A DNA stretch of 32,000 bases from Mycolicibacterium smegmatis. GTDB taxonomy: Bacteria > Actinomycetota > Actinomycetes > Mycobacteriales > Mycobacteriaceae. Shown here in pieces: positions 8,776 through 16,727 of this stretch. A program made the position numbers and the translations under genes. The notes below the pieces were generated by a model, which worked only from the letters and a program-made list of their open reading frames with translations, was not told where the DNA came from and did no database searches. How positions within the stretch are numbered: position 1 is the stretch's first letter; each line of letters starts with the position of its first letter. The stretch is taken from positions 2,670,001 through 2,702,000 of the forward strand of contig NZ_LN831039.1 in the NCBI RefSeq assembly GCF_001457595.1, read 5' to 3'.

Positions 8776-10284
8776 ATGACCCAAGAGTTAGAGGCACCAC
8801 CGCCCGCCGAACGAGACAAGCTCATGACCACCGAACTGGTGCCGGAGCAGATCCTGCCCAAGGTGATGACCACGTTCGGCCTGACCGCGGCCTATGTGTT
8901 CATCATCTGCTGGATCACCGGATCCTCGGTGATGGCGGCGGGCGGGTGGACCGCGATCCCGATGTGGGTGCTGGGCATCCTCACATTCCTGGTGCCCGCA
9001 GGCATGGCCGTCGTCGAACTGGGCAACCTGTGGCCAGGTCAGGGCGGCGTGTACATCTGGGCCACCCGCACCATGGGGGAGACGTGGGGTTTCATCGGCG
9101 GCTACCTGTCCTGGGTGCCGGTGATCCTCAACGCGGCCTCGTCCCCGGCCGTGGTGCTGCAACTGCTGCTGCTGGCCTTCCACGCCGAAATCGGCCTGAC
9201 CACCAGCATCATCCTGCAGCTGGTGATCCTGTGGACCGTCATCGGGCTGGCGTTGGCGAAACTGGCCGCCAACCAACGCATCATGAACATCGTCTTCATC
9301 GTCTACGGCGTCCTGACCCTGACGATCTTCATCTCCGGCCTGCTGTTCGCCGTCGAGAACGGTTCGGCCACACCGTTCAGCTGGGCCGAGGCCACCATCC
9401 CCAATTTCGCCGTCGCGGGCTTTCTGTACGGCACCGTGCTGCTGTACCTGCTGGGTGTGGAGACCCCGTACAACATGGGCGCGGAGTTCCTCTCGGTGCG
9501 TAAGAGCGGACCGAAGATGATCCTGTGGGGATCCACCGCGCTGGTAGCGATCTACCTGCTCACCACGCTGGGCACCATGATGGCGTTGCCCGGCGACCAG
9601 ATCGACCCGGTGACCGGTGTGATCGGGATGCTCGACGTCGCCGGATTCCCCGGCCTGATGGAAGTCGGCGCGATCGTGCTCGCCTTCATCGTCGTGGTGG
9701 CGCTGATGACCTATCAGGTCGCTTATTCGCGGCTGATCTTCGTCTCCGGCCTCGAACGGCACCTGCCGCGCATCTTCACCCACCTCAACCCGCGTACCCG
9801 CAACCCGGTGACCGCGGTGCTGATCCAGGGCGTGATCTCGTCGCTCATCCTGGTCGGGCTGTACTCGCAGAGCAGCATGGCCAACGTCACCGTCTACCTA
9901 CAGGGCGGACTGTCCACGGTGTGGCTGCTGAGCGGGTTCTTCTTCCTGATCCCGGTGATCGTGGCCCGCAAGAAGTACGCCGATCGCTATGCCAACGAGC
10001 AGTTCTGGCGCATCCCCGGCGGCATGGTCGGTGTGTGGATCACGGTGATCGTCGGCAGCCTGGCCACCGTCGGTGGCATCTACTACTCCTTCGTCACGCC
10101 GTGGATCGACGTACCGTCGGCCACCTGGATGACCTGGGTGGGCTGCATCAGCCTCGGCATGTTCGGCCTGGGTCTGATCGTCTACGTCTTCGGTCGGAGG
10201 TCGGCACACAAGGTCTCCCAGGACGATGCGCTGGCCCATCTCGCGGTGTTCGACCTGACGAAGGAGGACGAAGCGCAGAAGTAG
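8776..10284 (+). CDS. APC-superfamily amino acid/amine permease
   Basis: The roughly 500-aa protein is highly hydrophobic with about 12 predicted TM segments and APC-like motifs (GSSVMAAGGW, GQGGVYIWA). GGGAGA lies 5 nt before the ATG at 8776. Confidence 0.85.
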   Translation: MTQELEAPPPAERDKLMTTELVPEQILPKVMTTFGLTAAYVFIICWITGSSVMAAGGWTAIPMWVLGILTFLVPAGMAVVELGNLWPGQGGVYIWATRTMGETWGFIGGYLSWVPVILNAASSPAVVLQLLLLAFHAEIGLTTSIILQLVILWTVIGLALAKLAANQRIMNIVFIVYGVLTLTIFISGLLFAVENGSATPFSWAEATIPNFAVAGFLYGTVLLYLLGVETPYNMGAEFLSVRKSGPKMILWGSTALVAIYLLTTLGTMMALPGDQIDPVTGVIGMLDVAGFPGLMEVGAIVLAFIVVVALMTYQVAYSRLIFVSGLERHLPRIFTHLNPRTRNPVTAVLIQGVISSLILVGLYSQSSMANVTVYLQGGLSTVWLLSGFFFLIPVIVARKKYADRYANEQFWRIPGGMVGVWITVIVGSLATVGGIYYSFVTPWIDVPSATWMTWVGCISLGMFGLGLIVYVFGRRSAHKVSQDDALAHLAVFDLTKEDEAQK

Positions 10285-10300
10285 CCGTGACCTCGTGACG

Positions 10301-10336
10301 ACCCGGTCGGCCGAACATCGGCCGGCCGGGTTGTTC
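10301..10336 (+). terminator. Hairpin downstream of the permease gene
   Basis: ACCCGGTCGGCCG (10301-10313) pairs with CGGCCGGCCGGGT (10319-10331), with one G-U pair and a 5-nt loop. It is followed by a partly T-rich tract, TGTTCACGTT. Confidence 0.5.
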
Positions 10337-10341
10337 ACGTT

Positions 10342-10365
10342 CGCGCACACAACCGCGCACACAAC
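10342..10365. repeat. Perfect tandem duplication of the 12-mer CGCGCACACAAC
   Basis: Read directly: CGCGCACACAAC at 10342-10353 is repeated at 10354-10365, in the intergenic region upstream of the amine oxidase gene. Confidence 0.9.
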
Positions 10366-10554
10366 GAAATCCGTTGCGCCAGGTCACCACACCGTAACAC
10401 GGGGCCGTGCAGAGTTAACGTCACCGACATTGCCGACGGGATCTACCGAAACGTTCCTGCGCGAGCATTTTCCAAGCGCAGCAAGTTGCGCCGACCCTGC
10501 ACCGGTCACCCGCGATACGCGGTGATCCACCAACAGCGGAGGAAGCACACCGTT

Positions 10555-12528
10555 ATGACGATGGACAGCACGATCACGAACGTCGAGGGCGCGGCCACGG
10601 CAGCGCCGTATCCGCTGGACCCGCTGACCGGCGCCGAGATCGAGGCGGCGGCCGCCGTCATCACCGGATCCGATTACGCCACACCCACCTTGAAGTTCGT
10701 GATGATCCAGCTCGCCGAGCCGGAGAAGAACGAGAAACTGACCTTCGTGGGCATGGACGTCCCGCGCCGCGCGTTCGTGACGATGTACGACGCCGCGGCC
10801 AAACTCATCTACGAGGCAATCGTCGACCTCGGCGCGCGTGTCATCGATTCGTGGACGCCGATTCCGGGACGCTTCCCGTCCTATCTCGTCGAGCACATGA
10901 CCGGCGTGGAGGAGAAGGTGCGGGAGGACCCGCGGTGGCAGGAGGCCATGCGCAGGCGCGGCGTCACCGATTTCAGCCTCGCGATGATCGATCCCTGGCC
11001 CGCAGGGTATTACGGCGCACAGGACCACTACGACAACTCGCCGCTGGTCTGCCGGCCCCTGACGTTCGTGCGGGCCGCACCGTCGGAGAACGGCTACGCA
11101 CGACCGGTCGAGGGGCTGATCGTGACGTTCGACCTGGACAAGATGGAAGTCCTCGACATCGAGGATCACGGTGTGGTGCCGCTGCCGCCCAAGGCCGGCA
11201 ACTACACCGAGCAGTTCATGTTCGACGCCGACAACCGGCCCGCGTTCACCGAGTTCCGGCAGGACGTCAAGAAGATCGAGATCACGCAGCCCGACGGCCC
11301 GAGTTTCACCGTCGACGGGTGGAACGTCACATGGCAGAAGTGGTCCCTTCGTGTGGGTTTCAACGTGCGTGAAGGCCTGACGCTGCACGAGATCACCTAC
11401 AACGACCGTGGCACCGTGCGGCCGATCATGTACCGCGCGGCGTTGTCGGAAATGGTGGTGCCCTACGGCGACTCGTCACCGACGCATTGGAACAAAAACG
11501 TCTTCGACATGGGCGAGGTGGGGATGGGCTTCTCGGCCAACCCCCTGACGCTGGGCTGTGACTGCCTCGGTGAGATCCACTACTTCGACGGCACGGTCAA
11601 CGACTCCGACGGCAACGCCGTGACGATCCCGAACGCCATCTGTATGCACGAGGAGGACTACGGGATCTCCTGGAAGCACACGGATTTCCGCACCGGTGAG
11701 GTCGAGGTGCGTCGTTCGCGGCGTCTGGTGATCTCGATGATCTGCACCGTCGGCAACTACGAGTACGGGTTCTTCTGGTACCTCTACAACGATGCCGGCA
11801 TCGAGATGGAGGTCAAGCTCACGGGCGTGCTCACCACCGGGTCCATCCCCGAGGGCGAGACTCCGCGGTGGGGCAAGATGGTGGCTCCCGGCATGTACGG
11901 CCCCAACCATCAGCACTTCTTCAACTTCCGTATGGACATGAGCATCGACGGTCCGGGAAACAGTGTCTACGAGGTGGATTCGATCCCCGAGCCCGATCCG
12001 GAGCTCAACCCCCACCACAACGCCTGGATCACCAAGGACACCCTGGTGGCCTCGGAGTCCGAGGGTGCGCGGGACTGGGAGTTCTCGACGGGCCGGTACT
12101 GGAAGGTGGTCAACCCGTCGAAGCTCAACGAGTTCGGTGCCCCGGTCGGCTACAAGATCATGCCGAAGGACGTCATCCCGGTGATGGTGCAGGAGGGCTC
12201 GGTGATCTACGACCGCGCCAGGTTCGTCCAGCACAACCTGTGGGTCACCAAGTACGACCCCAGGGAGCTCTACGCGGCGGGCGATTACATGTACCAGTGC
12301 GCCGAGGCGCAGGGGTTGCCGCAGTACGTCGCCGACGATGCGCCACTGGAGAACACCGACGTCGTGCTCTGGTACACCGTCGGCGCACACCATGTGGTGT
12401 GTCCTGAGGACTGGCCGGTGATGCCGTGTCACTACACGGGCTTCAAGCTCAAGCCGGTCGGTTTCTTCGATGGCAATCCCGCACTCGACGTCCCTCCGTC
12501 ACCGCCGGCGGCCTGCCACAACCACTGA
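10555..12528 (+). CDS. Copper-containing primary amine oxidase (topaquinone enzyme)
   Basis: It has the TPQ consensus TVGNYEYGFFWYLY and the copper-ligand motif NHQHFFNF. Similarity to Arthrobacter-type amine oxidases runs the full length (PSFTVDGWNVTWQKWSLRVGF, EMVVPYGD, LGCDCLGEI, ICMHEED). GGAGGAAG lies upstream of the ATG at 10555. Confidence 0.93.
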   Translation: MTMDSTITNVEGAATAAPYPLDPLTGAEIEAAAAVITGSDYATPTLKFVMIQLAEPEKNEKLTFVGMDVPRRAFVTMYDAAAKLIYEAIVDLGARVIDSWTPIPGRFPSYLVEHMTGVEEKVREDPRWQEAMRRRGVTDFSLAMIDPWPAGYYGAQDHYDNSPLVCRPLTFVRAAPSENGYARPVEGLIVTFDLDKMEVLDIEDHGVVPLPPKAGNYTEQFMFDADNRPAFTEFRQDVKKIEITQPDGPSFTVDGWNVTWQKWSLRVGFNVREGLTLHEITYNDRGTVRPIMYRAALSEMVVPYGDSSPTHWNKNVFDMGEVGMGFSANPLTLGCDCLGEIHYFDGTVNDSDGNAVTIPNAICMHEEDYGISWKHTDFRTGEVEVRRSRRLVISMICTVGNYEYGFFWYLYNDAGIEMEVKLTGVLTTGSIPEGETPRWGKMVAPGMYGPNHQHFFNFRMDMSIDGPGNSVYEVDSIPEPDPELNPHHNAWITKDTLVASESEGARDWEFSTGRYWKVVNPSKLNEFGAPVGYKIMPKDVIPVMVQEGSVIYDRARFVQHNLWVTKYDPRELYAAGDYMYQCAEAQGLPQYVADDAPLENTDVVLWYTVGAHHVVCPEDWPVMPCHYTGFKLKPVGFFDGNPALDVPPSPPAACHNH

Positions 12529-12547
12529 GCCGACAGCAGGCAGAGGA

Positions 12548-12584
12548 CAGGCGCGGTATCCCATGCGGATACCGCGCCTGTTTG
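12548..12584 (+). terminator. Intrinsic terminator after the amine oxidase gene
   Basis: A perfect 14-bp stem pairs CAGGCGCGGTATCC (12548-12561) with GGATACCGCGCCTG (12567-12580). The loop is 5 nt and TTTG follows. Confidence 0.7.
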
Positions 12585-12820
12585 CGTGTGTAGTTAACTT
12601 TCTCGGTGAAGCCTGTCACGCGTTCTCAAGACGCGGCGGTATACGTACAGCAAACTCTGTGTGAACGGATGGCCAGCGCGCCACCTGCCGGGGGGCGTTG
12701 TTGGGGCCTAAATCACCTGCGTAAGCGCTGAGAACTGCGGGAGTATCTCCTGAAGGTGGCAAATTTTCGGTCGACAGTGCTGCTAAGGTCGGTACGACTC
12801 GAAACGTTCGGGGGAGTGAG

Positions 12821-12925
12821 ATGAGGGCAAACTACGTGACATTGCGTCTTACGCTGCGGGTGCTCACAATGGTGCTCACGGGCGCCGCGCTGATCGCCAT
12901 GGTGGCGTACAGCGGGGCGCGGTGA
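12821..12925 (+). CDS. Candidate 34-aa small hydrophobic protein (below the ORF-track size cutoff)
   Basis: The ATG at 12821 is preceded by GGGGGAGTGAG. The translation is MRANYVTLRLTLRVLTMVLTGAALIAMVAYSGAR, with a TGA stop at 12923-12925. 29 of 34 codons end in G/C although the surrounding region is GC-poorer. A TAAGGT -10-like hexamer sits at 12784-12789. Confidence 0.35.
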   Translation: MRANYVTLRLTLRVLTMVLTGAALIAMVAYSGAR

Positions 12926-12947
12926 CCGACGACAAGTCTTAGAAGCC

Positions 12948-14072
12948 TCAAGAGAGGGCGCGGCAGACTTCGGCGGTCGCGCGGGCCAGTGACTGCGGAC
13001 CTTCGCGCAACGCCTGCTCGATGGGCGTGCCCGGCACGGTGATCGCGACGAGGCGGTCCACGCCGTGCTCGAGGAGCACGCCGGCGTCGTCTCCGACACG
13101 TCCGGCGAATATCACCACGCGGGCTCCCGCGATGCGCGCCACCTGTGCGACGCCGAACGGGGTCTTGCCCAGGACGGTCTGCGCATCGACGCTGCCCTCG
13201 CCGGTGAACACCCAGTCGGCACCGACCACGGCCTGCGCCAGGCCCACGGTCTCGGCGATCACCTCGACACCGGGCCTGCACTCGGCGCCGAGGAAATCGA
13301 GGAGCGCGAACCCGAGACCGCCCGCTGCGCCCGCGCCGGGGAGTTCTGGCCGCGCGCGGCCCAGCGTCTCCTCGGTCACCACGGCCAACCGCGTCAGCGC
13401 GGCCTCAAGCGTCTCGACATCGAACGGGGTCGCACCCTTCTGCGGGCCGAAAACGGCACTGGCACCGCCCGGCCCGAGGAGGGGAGCCGTGACGTCGGAC
13501 GCGATCCTGATCTGGATGTCCGCCAGGCGCTTGTCGAGCCCGGACAGATCGATGCGGTCCAGCTGTGCCAGGGCCCCGCCGCCCGGTGGCAACGGATTGC
13601 CTGCGGCATCGAGCAGCACCGCGCCGAGCGCGGTGAGCATCCCGGTGCCGCCGTCATTGGTGGCCGAGCCGCCCAACCCGATCAGCAGATCGACCGCGCC
13701 ACGATCCAGCGCCGAGGCGATGAGCTGGCCGACCCCGAAAGTGCTCGCGCTCAGTACGTCTCGGTCGGCCGGTGCGACGAGCTCCAACCCGGACGCGGTG
13801 GCCATCTCGATCACCGCGAGCTTGCGTTCGGGGATGTACCCGTAGTCGGCGCGTACAGGGCGGCCGAGTGGATCGGACACGTCGACCCTCACGCGTTCGC
13901 CGGCAAGGGCGTCGACGACCGCGTCGACGGTGCCCTCACCACCGTCGGCCATCGGGACGCCGACACATTCGGCGTCGGGGAACACCGAATGCACACCCTC
14001 GCGCATTGCGGTCACCGCCTGGGAGGCGGTCATCGACTCCTTGAAGGAGTCCGGGGCAAGAACGATTTTCAT
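12948..14072 (-). CDS. Glycerate kinase (GlxK/GarK class)
   Basis: MKIVLAPDSFKESMTASQA... plus GLGGSATNDGGTGML and TGEGSVDAQT match class I glycerate kinases. The ATG at 14072 lies 7 nt after the upstream gene's stop. Confidence 0.9.
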   Translation of the reverse strand: MKIVLAPDSFKESMTASQAVTAMREGVHSVFPDAECVGVPMADGGEGTVDAVVDALAGERVRVDVSDPLGRPVRADYGYIPERKLAVIEMATASGLELVAPADRDVLSASTFGVGQLIASALDRGAVDLLIGLGGSATNDGGTGMLTALGAVLLDAAGNPLPPGGGALAQLDRIDLSGLDKRLADIQIRIASDVTAPLLGPGGASAVFGPQKGATPFDVETLEAALTRLAVVTEETLGRARPELPGAGAAGGLGFALLDFLGAECRPGVEVIAETVGLAQAVVGADWVFTGEGSVDAQTVLGKTPFGVAQVARIAGARVVIFAGRVGDDAGVLLEHGVDRLVAITVPGTPIEQALREGPQSLARATAEVCRALS

Positions 14073-14079
14073 CCGTTGC

Positions 14080-15033
14080 TCATCTGACAGGGGTGAGCGC
14101 CGGTTTCCCGGCGAGGACCGCGGCGGCATTGTCGATTGCGAGAATACCCATAGCATCGCGTGTGGACTCGCCTGCGCTCGCAATATGCGGTGTGAGCACG
14201 AGATTCGGCGTGTCGAGCAACCGGGGATCGATGTGCGGTTCGTTCTCGAAGACGTCGAGCGCGGCGCCGCGCAGCGCTCCGTTGTGCAGCGCGCTCATGA
14301 GCGCGGCTTCGTCGACGACGCCGCCACGCGCAGTGTTGACGAGGTACGCAGAAGGTTTCATCTTCGCCAGCGTGGCCGCATCGATCAGGTGGCGGGTTTG
14401 CGGAGTCAGCGGCGTGAGCACACTGAGCACATCGGATTCGGCGAGCAGGGTGTCGGTGTCGACGAACTGCACACCGTCCTCGGATGTGCCCGGTTCGCGA
14501 CTGCGTGCGGTGGCCAGAACCTTCATGTCGAAACCTTTGGCACGCTGGGCAACTGCTTTGCCGATGCGGCCGTAGCCGAGGATGCCGAGCGTCGCTGAGG
14601 CACTGATGTCCAGGCCCACCAGCATGCGAGGGCCCCACACCCACGGTTCGCGTGACCGCAGAAACCGGTCGCCGTCGAGCACGCGCCGTGTCGCGGCGAG
14701 GATCAACGCGAACGTGTGATCGGCGGTCGCACGGTCGAGCACGCCGGGCGTGTTGGTCACGGTGACACCGGCCGACACCGCGGCGTCGACGTCGATGTTG
14801 TCATATCCCACAGCCACGTTCGCAATGATCTTGAGCTGCGGTCCCGCGGCTGCCAGCAACGCGGTGTCGACGCGTTCGGTCAACGTGATGACCGCGGCGT
14901 CGGCGCCAGCGAGCCCGGCTTCGAGATCCGCCCGGCTCGGCGGGTCCTCACCACCCACCCGGAACGGGACCCCCAACGATTCCAGGTGTGCCATGGCGCG
15001 GTCGGTGAGCAGTCTCGAAACGTAGATCGTCAA
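14080..15033 (-). CDS. D-isomer-specific 2-hydroxyacid dehydrogenase (glyoxylate/hydroxypyruvate reductase-like)
   Basis: It has the NAD fold GILGYGRIGKAV and the catalytic region VNTARGGVVDE ... LDVFENEP ... TPHIASA. The TTG start at 15033 has AAGGA 6 nt upstream. The alternative start is the ATG at 14994. Confidence 0.88.
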   Translation of the reverse strand: MTIYVSRLLTDRAMAHLESLGVPFRVGGEDPPSRADLEAGLAGADAAVITLTERVDTALLAAAGPQLKIIANVAVGYDNIDVDAAVSAGVTVTNTPGVLDRATADHTFALILAATRRVLDGDRFLRSREPWVWGPRMLVGLDISASATLGILGYGRIGKAVAQRAKGFDMKVLATARSREPGTSEDGVQFVDTDTLLAESDVLSVLTPLTPQTRHLIDAATLAKMKPSAYLVNTARGGVVDEAALMSALHNGALRGAALDVFENEPHIDPRLLDTPNLVLTPHIASAGESTRDAMGILAIDNAAAVLAGKPALTPVR

Positions 15034-15090
15034 CAGCAGTCCTTGTCGCGGGCGTTTCGGTCGATTATGGCGGGTCGGCGGTGCGGTCTG

Positions 15091-15567
15091 TCAGCCGGCG
15101 GATCCGTGCACCTCGACCGTGGGTTCGATTCCGGTGGCTCCGACGACGTCGGCCCACACCTCGAACCCATGCTGGAATGCGACCACGCCGGCCTCCGGAA
15201 GTGCGATTTCGATCGCCTCGAGCACCTCTTCCGGAGATACCCCCAGGTCCAACGCCACCCGGATGTGGCCGGCGATGTGGCCGGGCGACGCCTTGAGGAC
15301 TGTCAGGCTGGTGATGAAGATCAGTTCTTTGGTGGCTTTGTCGAGTCGGCGTTGCTTGGTATATGCCGCCGAAACCAAGCCGTTCGCGGCCTTGAGGACG
15401 TCGAGGTCGGCGCGCGCCATCAATTTGTGGTAGGGCAACACATACCCGCGAGCGCGCGCCATTTGATTGACGTATTCGAGGGCCTCGGACTCACCTGGCG
15501 CGTTGTCGGTATCTGGCACATTGTTCCTTTCGCTGGTTCGGGGGCGTTGGTACTCATGACGGTTCAT
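15091..15567 (-). CDS. Carboxymuconolactone decarboxylase (CMD/AhpD-like) family protein
   Basis: ELIFITSLTVLKASPGHIAGHIRVALDLGVSPEEVLEAIEIA is typical of the CMD domain, and there is no CxxC peroxidase motif. The ATG at 15567 overlaps the GntR stop (ATGA). Confidence 0.72.
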   Translation of the reverse strand: MNRHEYQRPRTSERNNVPDTDNAPGESEALEYVNQMARARGYVLPYHKLMARADLDVLKAANGLVSAAYTKQRRLDKATKELIFITSLTVLKASPGHIAGHIRVALDLGVSPEEVLEAIEIALPEAGVVAFQHGFEVWADVVGATGIEPTVEVHGSAG

Positions 15568-16256
15568 GTCGAGTCGCCATAGAGGTCTTGGAAGATTCGC
15601 GGCAGAGCCGCGCGACTGGCCTGTGCGACGTGGTATTCGCCGGCTCGGCGAGCGCCCTCGATATCGCCGGCGATGATCGCGTCGCATATGGCGGTGATCT
15701 CGGCGAGGCTTGCCGGTTGACGATTCTCAGCAGACAGCGAGTATCGACGGAGAAGTCGAATACGTGCATGCAGCAGGCGAAGGGCCGTGGTGAGCTCTGA
15801 GTTTCCTGCACCCGCGAGCAGAGCGGCGTAGAAGGCATCCTTGGCGCCGAGGACCTCCGTCAGGTCGCCGCTCTCCATCGCCCGTGCGACGTCGGCCACG
15901 CAGTCCGCGAGTGCGCGCTTGTGCTCGACCGTTCCGCGGCGCGCAAACAGCGAGCACGCCAACGATTCCAGCGCCCCGCGAACCTCGAAGAGGTGCTCGG
16001 CGTCGCTGTAGGAGATCTTTGTGACCAGCGCGCCGCGGTTCGCCTCGATCGTGACGAAGCCTTCGCCTTCGAGTTGACGCAGTCCTTCGCGCACGACGGT
16101 GCGCGAAACGTTGTAGGTCTCGCACAGTTCGCGCTCGTTGAGGCGTTCACCTTGTTTGAGCACGCCGTGACTGATCGCGTCGCGCAGTCCGTTGACCAGC
16201 CGTAGTCGTGTCGGCGGCGCAGTGGAGGTCGTTGACGCGGTCGCGCTTTCCTGCAT
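15564..16256 (-). CDS. GntR-family transcriptional regulator, FadR/FCD subfamily
   Basis: It has the wHTH LNERELCETYNVSRTVVREGLRQLEGEGFV and a C-terminal helical FCD-like domain. The start was chosen at the ATG at 16256 (MQESAT...), which has GAGGTGG upstream. In-frame alternatives are at 16361 and 16418. Confidence 0.8.
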   Translation of the reverse strand: MQESATASTTSTAPPTRLRLVNGLRDAISHGVLKQGERLNERELCETYNVSRTVVREGLRQLEGEGFVTIEANRGALVTKISYSDAEHLFEVRGALESLACSLFARRGTVEHKRALADCVADVARAMESGDLTEVLGAKDAFYAALLAGAGNSELTTALRLLHARIRLLRRYSLSAENRQPASLAEITAICDAIIAGDIEGARRAGEYHVAQASRAALPRIFQDLYGDST

Positions 16257-16363
16257 GGGGCCACCTCGGTTCGCTCGGATACGGACGGAGTCGCCTGCCT
16301 GAAGCGATGAGATCGCTTCCCGCACGAGGCGCGCGCACGGCTGAGCGTGCGTGTCCGCCATGA

Positions 16364-16391
16364 ACTGTATGACAATCACTTCTACCGGCAA
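16364..16391 (-). promoter_or_regulatory. Candidate sigma-A promoter for the GntR operon, overlapped by a GTCATACA motif
   Basis: On the minus strand: -35 TTGCCG (16391-16386), a 16-nt spacer, and -10 TACAGT (16369-16364). The motif TGTCATACAGT spans the -10. Confidence 0.4.
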
Positions 16392-16489
16392 AGCGTGCCG
16401 AGCGCCAGTCGGATTCATATCGATGCAGGTAGAAACGCTGGTTTTGCGTGGATCAGCTTGTCATCCTTGACGCGGTGCGCTTGAGAGGC

Positions 16490-16518
16490 TTGACCGTGGC
16501 GCAAGATCGTCATACATT
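16490..16518 (+). promoter_or_regulatory. Candidate sigma-A promoter for the dehydroquinase-like operon, overlapped by a GTCATACA motif
   Basis: -35 TTGACC (16490-16495), a 17-nt spacer, and -10 TACATT (16513-16518). The motif CGTCATACATT spans the -10. The implied leader to the ATG at 16728 is about 200 nt. Confidence 0.45.
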
Positions 16519-16727
16519 CACGACTGGTAGAAATGTGGTGGGGCGCACAGTCAGGTGCGGCCCTCACGCCAAGCAGGCGACACAACCAGGCGGGTTCATC
16601 CCGCGATGCGATGCGACTCGGCAGTCGCGACTTCGAGGCGCCACGCCGTCTTTGCAGTACGACGACGACATCCTCGACCAGGTGTCCCGTGCGTCGTCGC
16701 ACCGTGTCAACGTATTCAGGAGAGAAG

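Noticed and set aside
10295-10525. 76-aa ORF filling the permease/amine-oxidase intergenic region
   Set aside because: It has no SD sequence, reads straight through the terminator hairpin and the tandem 12-mer, and has an odd Thr/His/Pro-rich composition. The open frame is probably fortuitous.
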